DNA of 64,000 nucleotides from the human T2T-CHM13v2.0 reference genome, Homo sapiens, in contig CP068257.2 in assembly GCA_009914755.4 (NCBI GenBank), forward strand, positions 36,704,001 through 36,768,000, read 5' to 3'. Below are positions 1 through 12,135 of this stretch, one piece after another. How positions within the stretch are numbered: the first letter of the stretch is position 1; every line of letters starts with the position of its first letter. Both the position numbers and the translations under genes were made by a program. The notes beneath the pieces were generated by a model. The model made no database searches. It worked only from the letters and a program-made list of their open reading frames with translations, and was not told where the DNA came from.

Positions 1-250
1 CCCACTGGGGGAGTCACAGGTGAGCAGAAGCAGCCTCATACGTTTCCCTAGTGTCAGAGCCAGAGCTATGAGACAACCAGGCTATGAGCATCTAGGGTTT
101 TGTTGTGCTTTTGTGATCTCTGACTATCAGAAATATGGAGCGTTGTTCAGATATCCCTGCAACTCGAGGAAATTCATTTAAACTAAAGCATGACAGCTGT
201 CAGTGAGATGAAAGGTAGAGCTGAATCTGGAGCTCCTTCGTGCAGGCCTG

Positions 251-633
251 TCGTATTATTCCATTCTCATGCTGCTATAAAGAATTACCTGAGACTGGGT
301 AATTTATAAAGAAAAGAAGTTTAATTGGCTCACAGTTCTGCAGGCTGGACAGGTAGCATGGCTGGGAGGCCTCAGGAAAATTTCAATCATGGCAGAAGGT
401 GAAGGGGAAGTAGGCACGTCCTACATGGCTGGAGCAGGAGGAAGAGATCGAAAAGAGAAGGGCTACACTCTTTTAAACAACCAGGTCTAGTGAGAACTCA
501 CTCGCTATCATGAGAACAGCAAGGGGGAAACCTGCCCCTGTGATCCAGTCACTCCCACCAGGCCTCTCCTCCAACACTGGGGATTACAATTCCACACGAG
601 ATTTGGGCAAGGACAGGAATCCAAACCATATCA
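251..633 (-). mobile_element. MaLR LTR, THE1/MST-type, complement orientation
   Basis: tcgtattattccattctcatgctgctataaagaattacctgagactgggtaatttataaagaaaagaagtttaattggctcacagttctgcaggctgg...ttcaatcatggcagaaggtgaaggggaag...cttttaaacaaccaggtctagtgagaactcactcgctatcatgagaacagcaagggggaaacctgcccctgtgatccagtcactcccaccagg...ggggattacaattccacacgagatttgggcaaggacaggaatccaaaccatatca. Confidence 0.8.
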
Positions 634-3049
634 CCTGTCAACATTTCCATCTCCTTGACCAAGTGGGAGTGAGAGACTCCTGACCCCTCTCCTGGAATAA
701 GGATAACATAACCCAGGGCTTCAGAGTTGTGAGCTCCATGTGCTAGCTTGTTGCAGCAAGTCTTGCAGAAGTTGAGTGATGGGGACAGAGACCCAGCAAA
801 GGCTCTCCTAGGAGAGCTGCATGATGCATTAACAGTGTCCACTACAGTACAGGAGCCTTTCAGGAGAGATATAAGGAGGAGTTTCCTGAGCAGGAAAGTT
901 GTTGATCACAAGAACAGGTGAGCAATGAAGACAAAACTAAACTGGAGTCACAACAACTCGGATATAAATCCACCCTGAGGCAGGGGACTGGACCCATTGA
1001 GCTGCCAGAGCCCTTATATATCTATAAGTTGACTTCAGAGAGTTTCAAATCCGATAGGACTTTGCAAGTACCATATCGAAGATAAAGAAGCTGATCCAAG
1101 GGAACGTTGGCCAAGCCCACTTTGCAGTTGAGAACAACATGGCTTAAAAACAGCCTGCACAGCTTCCTGGACGTCCCATCACATTTGCCAAATAGCATTT
1201 TGGTGAGCTGAGAATCAACGAATGAGAAACAGATGGATTTAATGTCCCTTGAAATTAGGGATGGGTGAGCCCAGCCACACTGTGGAATTGCTGAATGTCT
1301 CAAACTATTTTTTTCAAGTATCTTTGGTTCAGAAAAACCAAAACCATGGTTTTGCAAAGCACGTTTCCTCTCATTCATATGAGGGTTCGTGTATTTTAAC
1401 GGAAATTTGATCTGCATATTTCAACTTCTTTACACTTCACTTATCAAAATGCTAAATAAAATTTCCAGGAAGTCTGAGAAATATTTATAACTTTTTTTTC
1501 CAAACTATTTTATTTAGGAAAGGAAACAATGGGGAAGTTTGGAAAATCCTACAAAAGAGAAGGTGGGTTCAGGTGGAAGTTCACACTTTTAGGGAGTTCT
1601 ATGTCCCAGAATTACGCACATGTTAGGTGTGCAGTCACAATGTGCTCAACGAGTATATTTGAAAATCTCTTGAAAAGTGAGGGGAAAGGTGGGAAAGTTC
1701 AATAAGGACAAGCTTGAGGAAAGGCTGAAAAATACAACATAATTTAAAATAGCTTCTCATCTCTAATAGCCAGGCAGTGTATTCCTAGCAGCCATAAATC
1801 TAATGACGCAGAACTATAGCATTCTTGTATCATCCACCAGCATGAACTCCACCATTCAGATGTCTTTTCTCTTTATAAGACTTGTGATAAAGGTGCTTAT
1901 AGGATGCTCATGAGTGGAGGGATGGCAAGAGGAGAGGGTAGAAGAAATGCACCACAGAGGGTGGGTGGGAGCAGGCGGTGGAGTGAGTGCCCAGCGCCAT
2001 CTTTGTTTTAGAGAATGACTCTGACCACAGACTTATGTGTGAGCCCTGAAGAGCTGTTTCTACTTAAAGCTTAGCTTTCGGTTCCAGAGGACCAAGTAAG
2101 ACACAAGCGGGAGAGACGCAGTCATCCCATCTCTCAGGGAGCTCAGTCTGTTTGTATTGTGCTGGAAGCACAGTGCTTGCTCATCACCGACAGGCAGACT
2201 TCTGCTCATAGTGTCATTGGCAGAGAGTGCAGCAATGGACACTGCCCAAAAGGAGAGAAGAAGGAAAAGGCAACTCCTTGTGGTATCTGATTACGTTTGT
2301 CTCAAATGCCCAGGAGACATTCCCTGGGGATTCCCAGAAAAGCAATTTAAGATGGGGATTTGACAGGGAGCAATAATAATTATTGATACAATCTGAAGAA
2401 TAATGTTTATTACGATGAATATGCTTCTCATTTAAATCCCCAGGCTGGTGCAGGAAGCACAAACATGGATTACATATCTCTTTAAAGCCATGTATTTTCT
2501 GGCTTTTAAATTAGAAAACCCAAGTAGGGTTGTGTGGCAGTGACAATAGGAGTTGTCAAATATTCCTGGGACTCCCCCACATTTCCCAGCAGCCTTCCAG
2601 GTAGTTAGGTTGGTGGCAGTGATTGATCTGGGCCAACAGGGTGTGGGCATGAATGATGTGTGGCATTTTCTGACCAAGATAGTCAATTCTTCCATTCCTC
2701 CCTCCCCTCCTCAGAGATCTTGGTCTACAATTTGCCCAGATGTTTTAGCTAAACTGGACTTCTCACAAAGGAGAACTGAGCTTTTACTCTGTTAAACCAC
2801 GGTGATTTGGCGGGGGCGAGGGTGGGGGGTCTTGTTTGTTACAGTGGCTAGTGTTAACTAGCCTGATTAACACAAGCGTTAACTAGACTAATACAGGTTG
2901 TAAACTTACAACCTGTCATTATGATACCCTGATAGTAATAAAGCTGGTGGTTTGGGGTAAGATTCTCAGAAGTTTTTGAGAATATAGTAGTGCCTTATAT
3001 TAGTAATCTACTGCTGTATTAAAAACTACCTTAAGAGGTAGTAGTTTAA

Positions 3050-3460
3050 AACAACAAGCATTTATTATCTCAAAGTTTTTGACGGTCAGGAATTTTGGAG
3101 TGGCTTAGGTAGGTGGCTCTGACTCAAAGTGTTTCATGAAGTGCAGTCAAAATGCTGGCAGGAGCTGCAGTTATCCAAAGGCTTGATTGGGGCTGGAGAA
3201 TGCATTGCTCATATAGGAGCCCTCAATTTATTGCTGGTTTCTGGCTGGAGTTCTCATTTCCTCATCAGATGCTCCTCTTTGTAACGATTCTCAGGCAAGG
3301 GAAGCTAGCATCATTCAGACAGAGTAATCCAAGAGAGAAAGCAAACAGGAAACCACAGAATCTTTTATTGCCTAGTATCTCATGTTGCTTCCTCCCCCAC
3401 CTATTCATTAACAGTAAGTCACTCAGTCTAGCCACACTCAAGAAGAGGAGAATAGGTTAC
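3050..3460 (-). mobile_element. Ancient LTR-like (MaLR/MLT-related) repeat copy
   Basis: ttatctcaaagtttttgacggtcagg...ggtggctctgactcaaagtgtttcatgaagtgcagtcaaaatgctggcaggagctgcagttatccaaaggcttgattggggctggagaatgcattgc...ttcctcatcagatgctcc...cagagtaatccaagagagaaagcaaacagg. This is homologous to 46690-47020 (same motifs: ggcttgactggggctggagaat, ttcatttcctcatc). Confidence 0.55.
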
Positions 3461-6400
3461 AGCTTTTCAAGAGGGTTTCAAAGAATTTGTGAACAGATTT
3501 TAAACTACCCCAGAGTGGGTACACCCCATTACCCCAGAGTGGGTTTGTAGGTAGCTAAGGGGGTAGAATGGTGGGTGGCACCTAAGGTGGGGGGTTCAGT
3601 GACCCAACATAAATCAGGCTAATAGAGTGTAATGGTGTGACTGCTCCTATCTTACATTATTCCTTAATCTCAACAGCGGATGAAGGGAACCCAGCCAATT
3701 CTCTTCAAGCAGCCTGGACTGGGCCCCTGACAAGCATCTGCATATGGAGATGCCAAGGTAATTTGAGATGGGGATTTTCTACAGGGAGCACAGAGAAATT
3801 CCTGGTTGCTTACCTCTGTGCATAGACATGATGCAGAGGAAATGAACTCTCATGAAACAGGACATTGTGCCGTAACCAGGCTTGCCCTGGCTGTATAGGG
3901 AGGTGAGTTCCGGCATTGTCCTCTGACATAGCCCCCTCCTCCCAACCTCCCAGCTTGCCCGGCGCTACATAGTGTGCTAATTGCTGATAGAAACCCTGGG
4001 AGTTTGCAGAGGAGGATAAGATAGATCCTACAGAAAGAGAAATTCTTCCCTTTGCATAAAACCTGTGCAAATGAAGCTGATCTTGATCTTAGCCCATGGC
4101 AGGGAATGGCAGTAACACTGGAAATATTGGCTTTGTGAAGGCTGGAATTTTTCATCTTTCCTCCTATATTCATAGTGCCTATATAAGTGTGCACTAAATA
4201 AAAAGCACCTTGCTGGTATTTTTTAATTAATTGAATGAGCTAGCATTTACCATGGAAGAAGGTGTGGTGGCATAAGAGGGTGACAGGAGTTCTAGGTCTC
4301 ATAGGTTCCTGATGCCAGAAAATTCACCAGCCCAGCCATACTGATGGCAGCCTTGCACCCTGAGGAAATGGTTGTGTGAGTTCCTATGAAACAATAACAT
4401 TGGGATCTAATCCAATTATGATATGACCCACTCTTGGCTGAGCCCAAAGTGGGATCTGCACCATGGGGCAGGGAAAGGACCAGAGATAAAGGCTCAGTTT
4501 ATGCCACTCCTTCTCAGGCTGATGGTGTTTACTTGCATAGCCATAAAAAGCAGCCACTGGGGACAGTGGGAGAGTGTGGTAAAGCTGGACATATTGCATT
4601 AGCTTGCTAATCACTATTAGCAGCAGTGAGAATGGGACATTTCCTTAGACTCCCCGGATTTGGACAGCAACAGCAGGTTCTGGGGCCACAGTGGTGGTAC
4701 AACAGAGCTCCCCTGAGCCGCCAGTGTCCAGAATGTGAAGTCCTCTAGCCTAGGGGGAACATAGCTTCTCCTACTAGGAACTGATAAGGAGGAGCCACAG
4801 CTCAGCAATGGGAAGGGTAGACTTCTTTCTCATCTTGGCATGGGCTTCCCTGGTTGAAACACCAGACTGGTGAAGCATGACATACTGGTTTGAGTTAGTT
4901 TTATTTTATCTTTAAGAGGAATTTTAACTGGACTATCACCCCCAGGAAATGTTTCATGTAAAGAATAGCCAAGAAGGCCATAGATTCCATCCCACCAATG
5001 ACACACAGCAACTGACCATTCACCCCCATATCCTGCACTGGATTTTCCATATGGCCAACTCAAGTACACATATTGCTTTACCAAGTGATGCTCATCTTTG
5101 CCTGCAATTACCACCGTGATTACATTTCTCCTCATTAGCCTAGATGGGAGGGTGCAGGGAAGGATGGTTGGATCAGGAGATCTAGTTACCATACTCCGAC
5201 GCTGAATTTGCTGGGTGGCTCTGCTCAAGTCAGTTGACCCATCTGTGCCTCCTCTCGTGGCCCTTGTTCAGATATGCAGTGATTCCATGACTGATTTTCA
5301 GTGTTGGTCTCAAGCATGTAGCTGCCACTTGGTGCAGAGCATTAGCATATCTTTGTAATTGCTAATGAGGGAAACAAAATTCCAGAAAAGCTGTTTGGAG
5401 GAACCTAAGAATAACACTATGAGCTAAGCATTCTGCCCAAACAAATTTTGTTAAAAGAAAACCAAATTATTATCCTTTTGCAAAATAATAGCAATAATGG
5501 CCTTAACTAACATTTGCCAGGCTCTAAATATGTATCTTGTGGTGTCTAAATATTTTACACATTGTTTTCATTCCCTCCTGTTCACCCCATTGGTGAGGGA
5601 GACATTCCACACTAGAATTATGAGGATGACCAAACACATTACACTCGATGCTTAACAGATGCGATTGACGGCAGTTATTATTCACATACACTCGCAGCTT
5701 GGGAGAGGTGAACACAGCATGGGATGCTGGCCATACAGGGGTTGCCCTCAGGAGCAGGGTGAACAGGCAGGGGCTGTGGGTGGCAAGCTTTGTAGCAACA
5801 AGAGGGTGAGGTGCTCCCTGGTTCCTGCAGGAGAATGTGATGGGCTTTGAACAATTCCGAGGTTAGCAGGAAACTGATACCCACTACTCAGGGATAAGTA
5901 GGAGCTGTGCCTGGTCCACTTGATAAGGTGGGTTGCTTGACTGGAGCCTTATCTGCAAGAGTAGAATGGAGAGAGGCTCTTGTGGGTAGGTCAGTAGAGG
6001 TACTGCTGATTTGACCAGATTTGAAGGCAGCACACTATACCACGCCTCAATTTCAGCCTTTACATGACACACACATCGTATTATTTCATCATCGCAACAC
6101 TCCTATGAAATATCATTAAGCCTTTTTACAGATCATGAAATTGAGGCTTAAATGAGGCCAAGCAAATTGCCCAGTGTTTGCTAGCTGGCAAGTGGCTGAG
6201 CTGGTATTCAAAGCCAGGTTTGTTACTCTCAGAGTCTGACCTCATAAGCAACTGTGGACAGGTAGATGTAACAACCCATCTTAGACATGAATCAAGAAAA
6301 AAGAAGGACAAGGGGGGAACACCCTACCCCAAATAACCAGAGAGCTCAACTTAAACACACACAGTCTTTTGTTCTGTCCACCATGTGACCTCCTGAGTCC

Positions 6401-6920
6401 CACGCTACCTTCCACAAGGCAGCTGGGTTAATAAAGCCACCTCAGTGACCATTAACAGCAGCAGCTCTGCCTCACACTTTAATCAGTGGTCCCTGAAGTG
6501 CTTACAAGCCCAGCTGCTCGGGACACACTTTTGATTCTACAGCCTGGAGGAAGAGAAACCATCCAAGCAGATCAACCATTTCCCAGGTGCTTCAAATTCC
6601 CAAGGTCAGAGACGGCACCAGTCAGTCATCCTTTTGCATGTGGATGTTGGGTATGTCAAAGGGACTTGATGTTCTGGAATAAATTCCTTTACACAGAAAA
6701 GAGGCTTTAGATCTCTTTCAGTCCAAAACCTTCATTTTATGGTTAAAGAAAGTAAAGTGGCCTCCCCAAGGTCACAAAGTTGGTTAGGGCAGAACCTGCT
6801 TGGATCCCTTCCCTAAACCCTTTCCCAACTTCCTCCTCCCATGCACACCTCCCACTCTCAAGTGGAAGAAAGGAGAAACTCTCTTCCTCAGCACCCTTTG
6901 CAGTTAGGCTGACCATGTGA

Positions 6921-7369
<449 letters not shown>

Positions 7370-7769
7370 ATGGCGAAAGAGCTCTCTCACCATCCTCTCC
7401 AACCTCTACCTCCTATAAGAGCCAGTGAAGGACCTGAGGCTTGAAACCAGAGGTGTCTTTTAGCCATGAGGGAAAGTTCAGAGATGCGGACACAGCAACT
7501 CAGCCTCATGTGGCTGCTAAATCAACCCCCAAACTGCCCTTCCTGACTCCTCATTTCAGTAACAATTAATCCAAGTTTAAACCACTGTTAGTCATGTTTT
7601 CTCTTTGCAGCCAAACACCCTCCTCTGAGCAGCAGTCACTAGAGTTAGGCAGTGGGTGAATACCCAGAAATGTCACTCAGTAGCAACCAGACCCAGGGCA
7701 AGAAACTTTTCTCTGTCTCAGTTTCCTTTTTTGGAAAATGGGCATATATTTTTACAGAGGTGCTGTAAA

Positions 7770-8316
7770 GTAGTGCTCCCCAACCTTTTTGGAACCAGGG
7801 ACTGGTTTCGTGGAAGACAATTTTCCCATGGACCAGGGGTGTGGGGGTGGGGGAAGGTTTCAGGATGACTCAAGTGCATTACTTTTATTGTTCACTTTAT
7901 TCCTATTATTACATTGTAATATATAATGAAATAATTATACAACTCACCAAAATGTAGAATCAGTGGGAGCCCTGAGCTTGTTTTCCTGCAACTAGTCAGT
8001 CACACCTGGGGGTGATGGGAGACAGTGACAGATCCTAAGGCATAAGATTCTCATAAGCAGCATGCAACCTAGACCCCTTCCATGTGCAGTTCTAAATAGA
8101 GTTTGCTATGAGAATCTAATGCCGCCACTGATTTGACAGCAGGTGGAGCTCAGGCAGTAATGTGAGCAAGGGGGTGGGGGACGACTGTAAATAGAGATAA
8201 AGCTTCCCTCGCTCACCCATCATTCACCTCCTCCTGTGTGGCCTGGTTACTAAGAGTCCAGGACTGGTACCCATCTGTGGCCCGGCAGGGGGGAGTGGTT
8301 GGGGACCCCTGCTGTA
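7770..8316. mobile_element. Non-autonomous DNA transposon (~540 bp) with terminal inverted repeats (hAT-like); family not assigned
   Basis: The 5' end ...gtgctccccaacctttttggaaccagggactggtttcgtggaagacaattttcccatggaccagggg... and the 3' end ...ggtacccatctgtggcccggcaggggggagtggttggggacccctg are reverse-complement partners (ccccaacc/ggttgggg, cagggg/cccctg). The internal sequence attattacattgtaatatataatgaaataattatacaactcacc...gagaatctaatgccgccactgatttgacagcaggtggagctcaggc is a repeat I recognise from many human loci. Confidence 0.5.
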
Positions 8317-9394
8317 AAGCTTAAATATTTATAAAGATTGTATAATATTTTCTAGCTCACAATTGACTGTTAGCTATTATTATTTCATTATTCTCTCAGC
8401 CTACTTTCACAGAGGCTCTCCAACACAGAGCTCCTCAAAACTTTTGACAATACAGATGAATTACCTGGCAATTGTGTTTAAATTCAATTTCTGATTCAAA
8501 AAGTCTGCCATGGGCCTAAGACTGCATTTATGAAATCTTTTAGGGTATGTCTGTGCTGCTGGTGCTCAGATCACACTTTGAGAAGCAAGACTGTGGGACC
8601 CTCTGGGTCTGTTTCCTGCTAGTTCAGCCTTCTAGCTGGTGGATTTGCACTAATAGTATGCCCCAACCTTCTCGTTATACTCATGGAAGCTCTTTCCTAC
8701 AGTCAGACTGTCCTTACATCCAGCAGCATATTCATGAAATTCTAATTCCTGGGCTTAGCCAGTGACTCAGACCCTCCTTCTCCAGGTCTAATGGATGTCA
8801 CTGTCAATCACAATGTCACCCTCAAAGGCCCACGGTCTAGCCTAGTCAGAGGGAACTGGATGTACAGAAAGACAGGTATATGGAAGAAATCTGGGGCTTT
8901 TTGAGGATTTCATTCAAAGCAGGATGCAAAGGTTCATATACTTCAGGACTGGAGCCACTTGGGGGCCTTGGTCTCAGGATGATGTATGTTATGATAACCC
9001 CCAGGACTAGAATCCATTAATTCCCTTGATCCAGCACTGTGCTCCAGCCCTGGGACAGGCTTAAAGTTTGTCCTGACCCAGTTCATCTCATCTGCCTGCC
9101 TGTACTTCTGTCAGCTGCCTGTGCCAGATGTTTTATTCCCCTCCTTCCACTTGTGAAGAAGCTCAAAACCTGCGATGAGCTCTACTTCCTTCCAAGGCCA
9201 GTCTTGCCTTCACATACCTCTTCCCCTTCTTCTCCCTGTACTCTCTCCACTGGGTCTCCCCACACTCTTGCCCCCCAGTCCTGTGCTTTGCTCTCCATGT
9301 TGCTGAAGTTCACGTTCTTTCCTTCCAGATTGTACCCTCAATTCCTCTCAATCGATTTTGTGTTGCGTGACTACCATACAGTAGGTAATTCATA

Positions 9395-12135
9395 ATGAAA
9401 AGATATTTATAAAATTTATTCTCACAGCTCTGAAGTCTAGGAAGTCCAATGTCAAGGTGCTGGCATCTGGTGAGTGCCTTCATGCTGTGTCATCCCCAGG
9501 CAGAGGACAAGAGAGCAAAAGAGAAGGAGATGGCCAAACTTGCTTTTATAACAAACCCACTCTCATGATAACTAACCTACTCCTGCAATAATGACATTAT
9601 TCTATTCATGATGGTGAAGCCTTCATGGCTTAATCACCTCTTAATGGTCCCACCTCTTAATACCATCACAATGGCCATTACATTTCAACACAAGTTTTGG
9701 AAGTGCAGTGTTTTGATTATTTGTCCCCTTCAAAAAGTATGTTGAAAAGTCTCAATGTAGCAGTATTAATAGGTGGGGCCTTTAAGAGGTCAGTGAGTCA
9801 TGCGGGTTCTGCCTTCATGAGATTAATCCATACATGAATTAATGGATTAATGGGCTATCACAGGAATGAGTCTGTTTAAAAGCCAGCGTGGCTCTCATTT
9901 TCACACCCTTGCCATGTGATGTCTTGAGCCATACTGGGATTCTCCAGAGAGTCCCCACCAGCAAGAAGGCCTTCGCCAGATGTGGCCACTCAACCTTGGA
10001 TTTCCTCAGAACTGTAAGAAATGAATTTATTTTCTTTATAAATTATCCAGTCTCAGTTATTCAATTTTAGCAACAGAAAACAGAGTAAGGCAGGAGGGGG
10101 ACATTCAAACCACAGCATTCCAACCACGGCCCCCCCAAAACTAATGTTTTTCTGACATACAAAATGCATTCATTCTATCTTGATGCCCCAGAAGTCTTAA
10201 CTCATTTCAGCATCAACTCAAAAGTCCAAAGCCCAGAGTCCCATCTGAATTAGAAATCGGGGAGACTCAAGGCATGATTCATGCTGAGGCAAATTCCTCT
10301 CCAGCTATAAACTGTGAAATTAACAAGCTACATGCTTCCAAAATACAATGGTGGGACAGACATAAGATAGACATTCCCATTCCAAAAGGGAAGAATAAGC
10401 AAGAAGAAAGAGATAATCTGCTTTGACTCCATGTCCTGGGCACTCTGGGGCAGGAGTTGGGTTCCCAGGAACTCAGGCATCCTTGCTCCTATGGCTTTGC
10501 TGAGTTCAGTCTACCTAGCAGGTCTCACGGGTTGGAGTGTGGCACCAGCAGCTCTCCCAGGTTAATATTTCAAGCTGGTAGCTCTACAGTTCTGGGGTCT
10601 CAGAAATGACCCTGGCTCCACTAGGCACAGCACAGCCCCTGCAGCAGCTCCAACTCCACATTTAGACTCAGCATTGCCCGAATAGAGCTCCCTGTGATGG
10701 CTCTGCCTCCATGACAAGTCTTTGCCTGGGCCCCCAGGTAGACTGTGACAGCCTTTAAAATCTAGGTGGAGGTCACTGTGCCCCACAGCTCTTGCATTCT
10801 ACATGCCTGCAGAATTAGCACCATGTAGATGCTGCCAATGTCTACAGCTTACACCTTTTGGAGCAGTAGATTGAGCCACAACTGGGGCCACTTGAACCAC
10901 AGCTGGAGCAGTGGAGAATCACTGCACCAGGATGTAAAAACAGAGACCCAGTGTGGCCCTGGACAGTGAGCCTGTAGAGGGCATCCAGGCCCATCCCCAA
11001 AAACCATTCTGTCCTCTGAGAGCTCTGGACCTGTCATTGAGGGCAGCTTTGAAGATCTCTGAAATGCCTTTGGGGTCATTCTTCCACTGTCTTGATGAGC
11101 CCTTCCATCTGTACGAGTCTCCTTACCCAACAGTTTGTTGGCCACACCCTTGGTTTCCTCATGTGAACACATTTTCATTCTGTAAATGGTCAGGCTGAAA
11201 ATTTAAAAAATTTTTCTGTTCTGCTTTTGTTTTAAATTATAAATTCCATCTTTAAGTCATTTTTCCCCTCTTGGATCTTACTATATGCAGTTAAAAGTAG
11301 CTGCACAACTCCTCCAATATTTTGCTTAGAAGTTTCTTCTACTGGATATTCTAGTCGGGCACTCTTAAATTCCACCTTCTGTAAATCCCTTGAGCATGGA
11401 CACAATTTGACCACGCTCTTTGCCATTTCATAACAAGGATGCTCTTTACTCCAGTGTCCAAAAAGATACCCTCTTTTTCCACCTGAGACCTCATCAGAAT
11501 GGCCTTTACACTCAGCATTTCTAACAACATTCTGATCATGGCCACTCAAGTAATCTGTAAGAAGTTTCATACTCTCCCTACAGCTCTCCTCTTCTTCTGA
11601 GCCCTCTCCAAAATTGTCCTTACTACTCTGTTTATGGAAATGTAGGCTTTTTCTAGCCTACTCTTCCAAATTTTTTCAACCTCTATCGATTGCCCAGTTC
11701 CAAAGCTACTTTCACATTTTCAGGTATTTGTTATAGTAACAGCCTCAATTCTCAGTACCAACTTTCTAACCATTTTGTGTTTCTATAAACACAGGTTGGG
11801 TAATTTATAAAGAAAAGAAATATATGCTCACAGTTCTGAAGGCTGGGAAGTCCAATATCAAGATGCTGGCATCTGGTAAGGGCCTTTGTGGTGTGTCACC
11901 CCCATGGCAGAAGGTGGAAGGCAAGACAGCATGAGAGAGCAAGAGAGCAAGAGGGGGTCAAATTCACTAGTACAAGCAGCCTACTCTCATGATAACTAAC
12001 CCACTCCGGCAGTAACAACATTATTCAATTCTTGAGGGTGGAGCCCTCGTGGCCTCATCACCTCTAAATACTGTCACACTGGCAATTAAATTTTAACATG
12101 AATTTTGGAGGGGACATTCAAACCACAGCACTCTC
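9395..12135 (-). mobile_element. Cluster of nested MaLR sequences. Matched LTR-like copies at 9395-9720 and 11805-12135 flank ~2 kb of non-coding internal-like sequence, consistent with a near-full-length MaLR (LTR-internal-LTR) element. An additional opposite-orientation MaLR LTR fragment lies at ~9720-10130.
   Basis: Both ends share ctcacag(c/t)tctgaag(t/g)ctgggaagtccaat(g/a)tcaag(g/a)tgctggcatctggt(g/a)ag(t/g)gcc...cctactctcatgataactaacc(t/c)actcc...ttcaaaccacagca, ~2.4 kb apart in the same orientation. 11805 starts with gggtaatttataaagaaaag. 9930-10080 carries ttctttataaattatccagtctcagttattcaattttagcaacagaaaacagag, a + orientation MaLR LTR 3' end. Confidence 0.55.

Noticed and set aside
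2830-2910. Short near-palindromes (caggttgtaaacttacaacctg; gttaactag duplicated) suggestive of a hairpin or TIR
   Set aside because: The arms are only 9-10 bp and embedded in sequence that looks like an old MaLR/MER-type repeat. This is too short and too isolated to support a structured RNA or transposon terminus.
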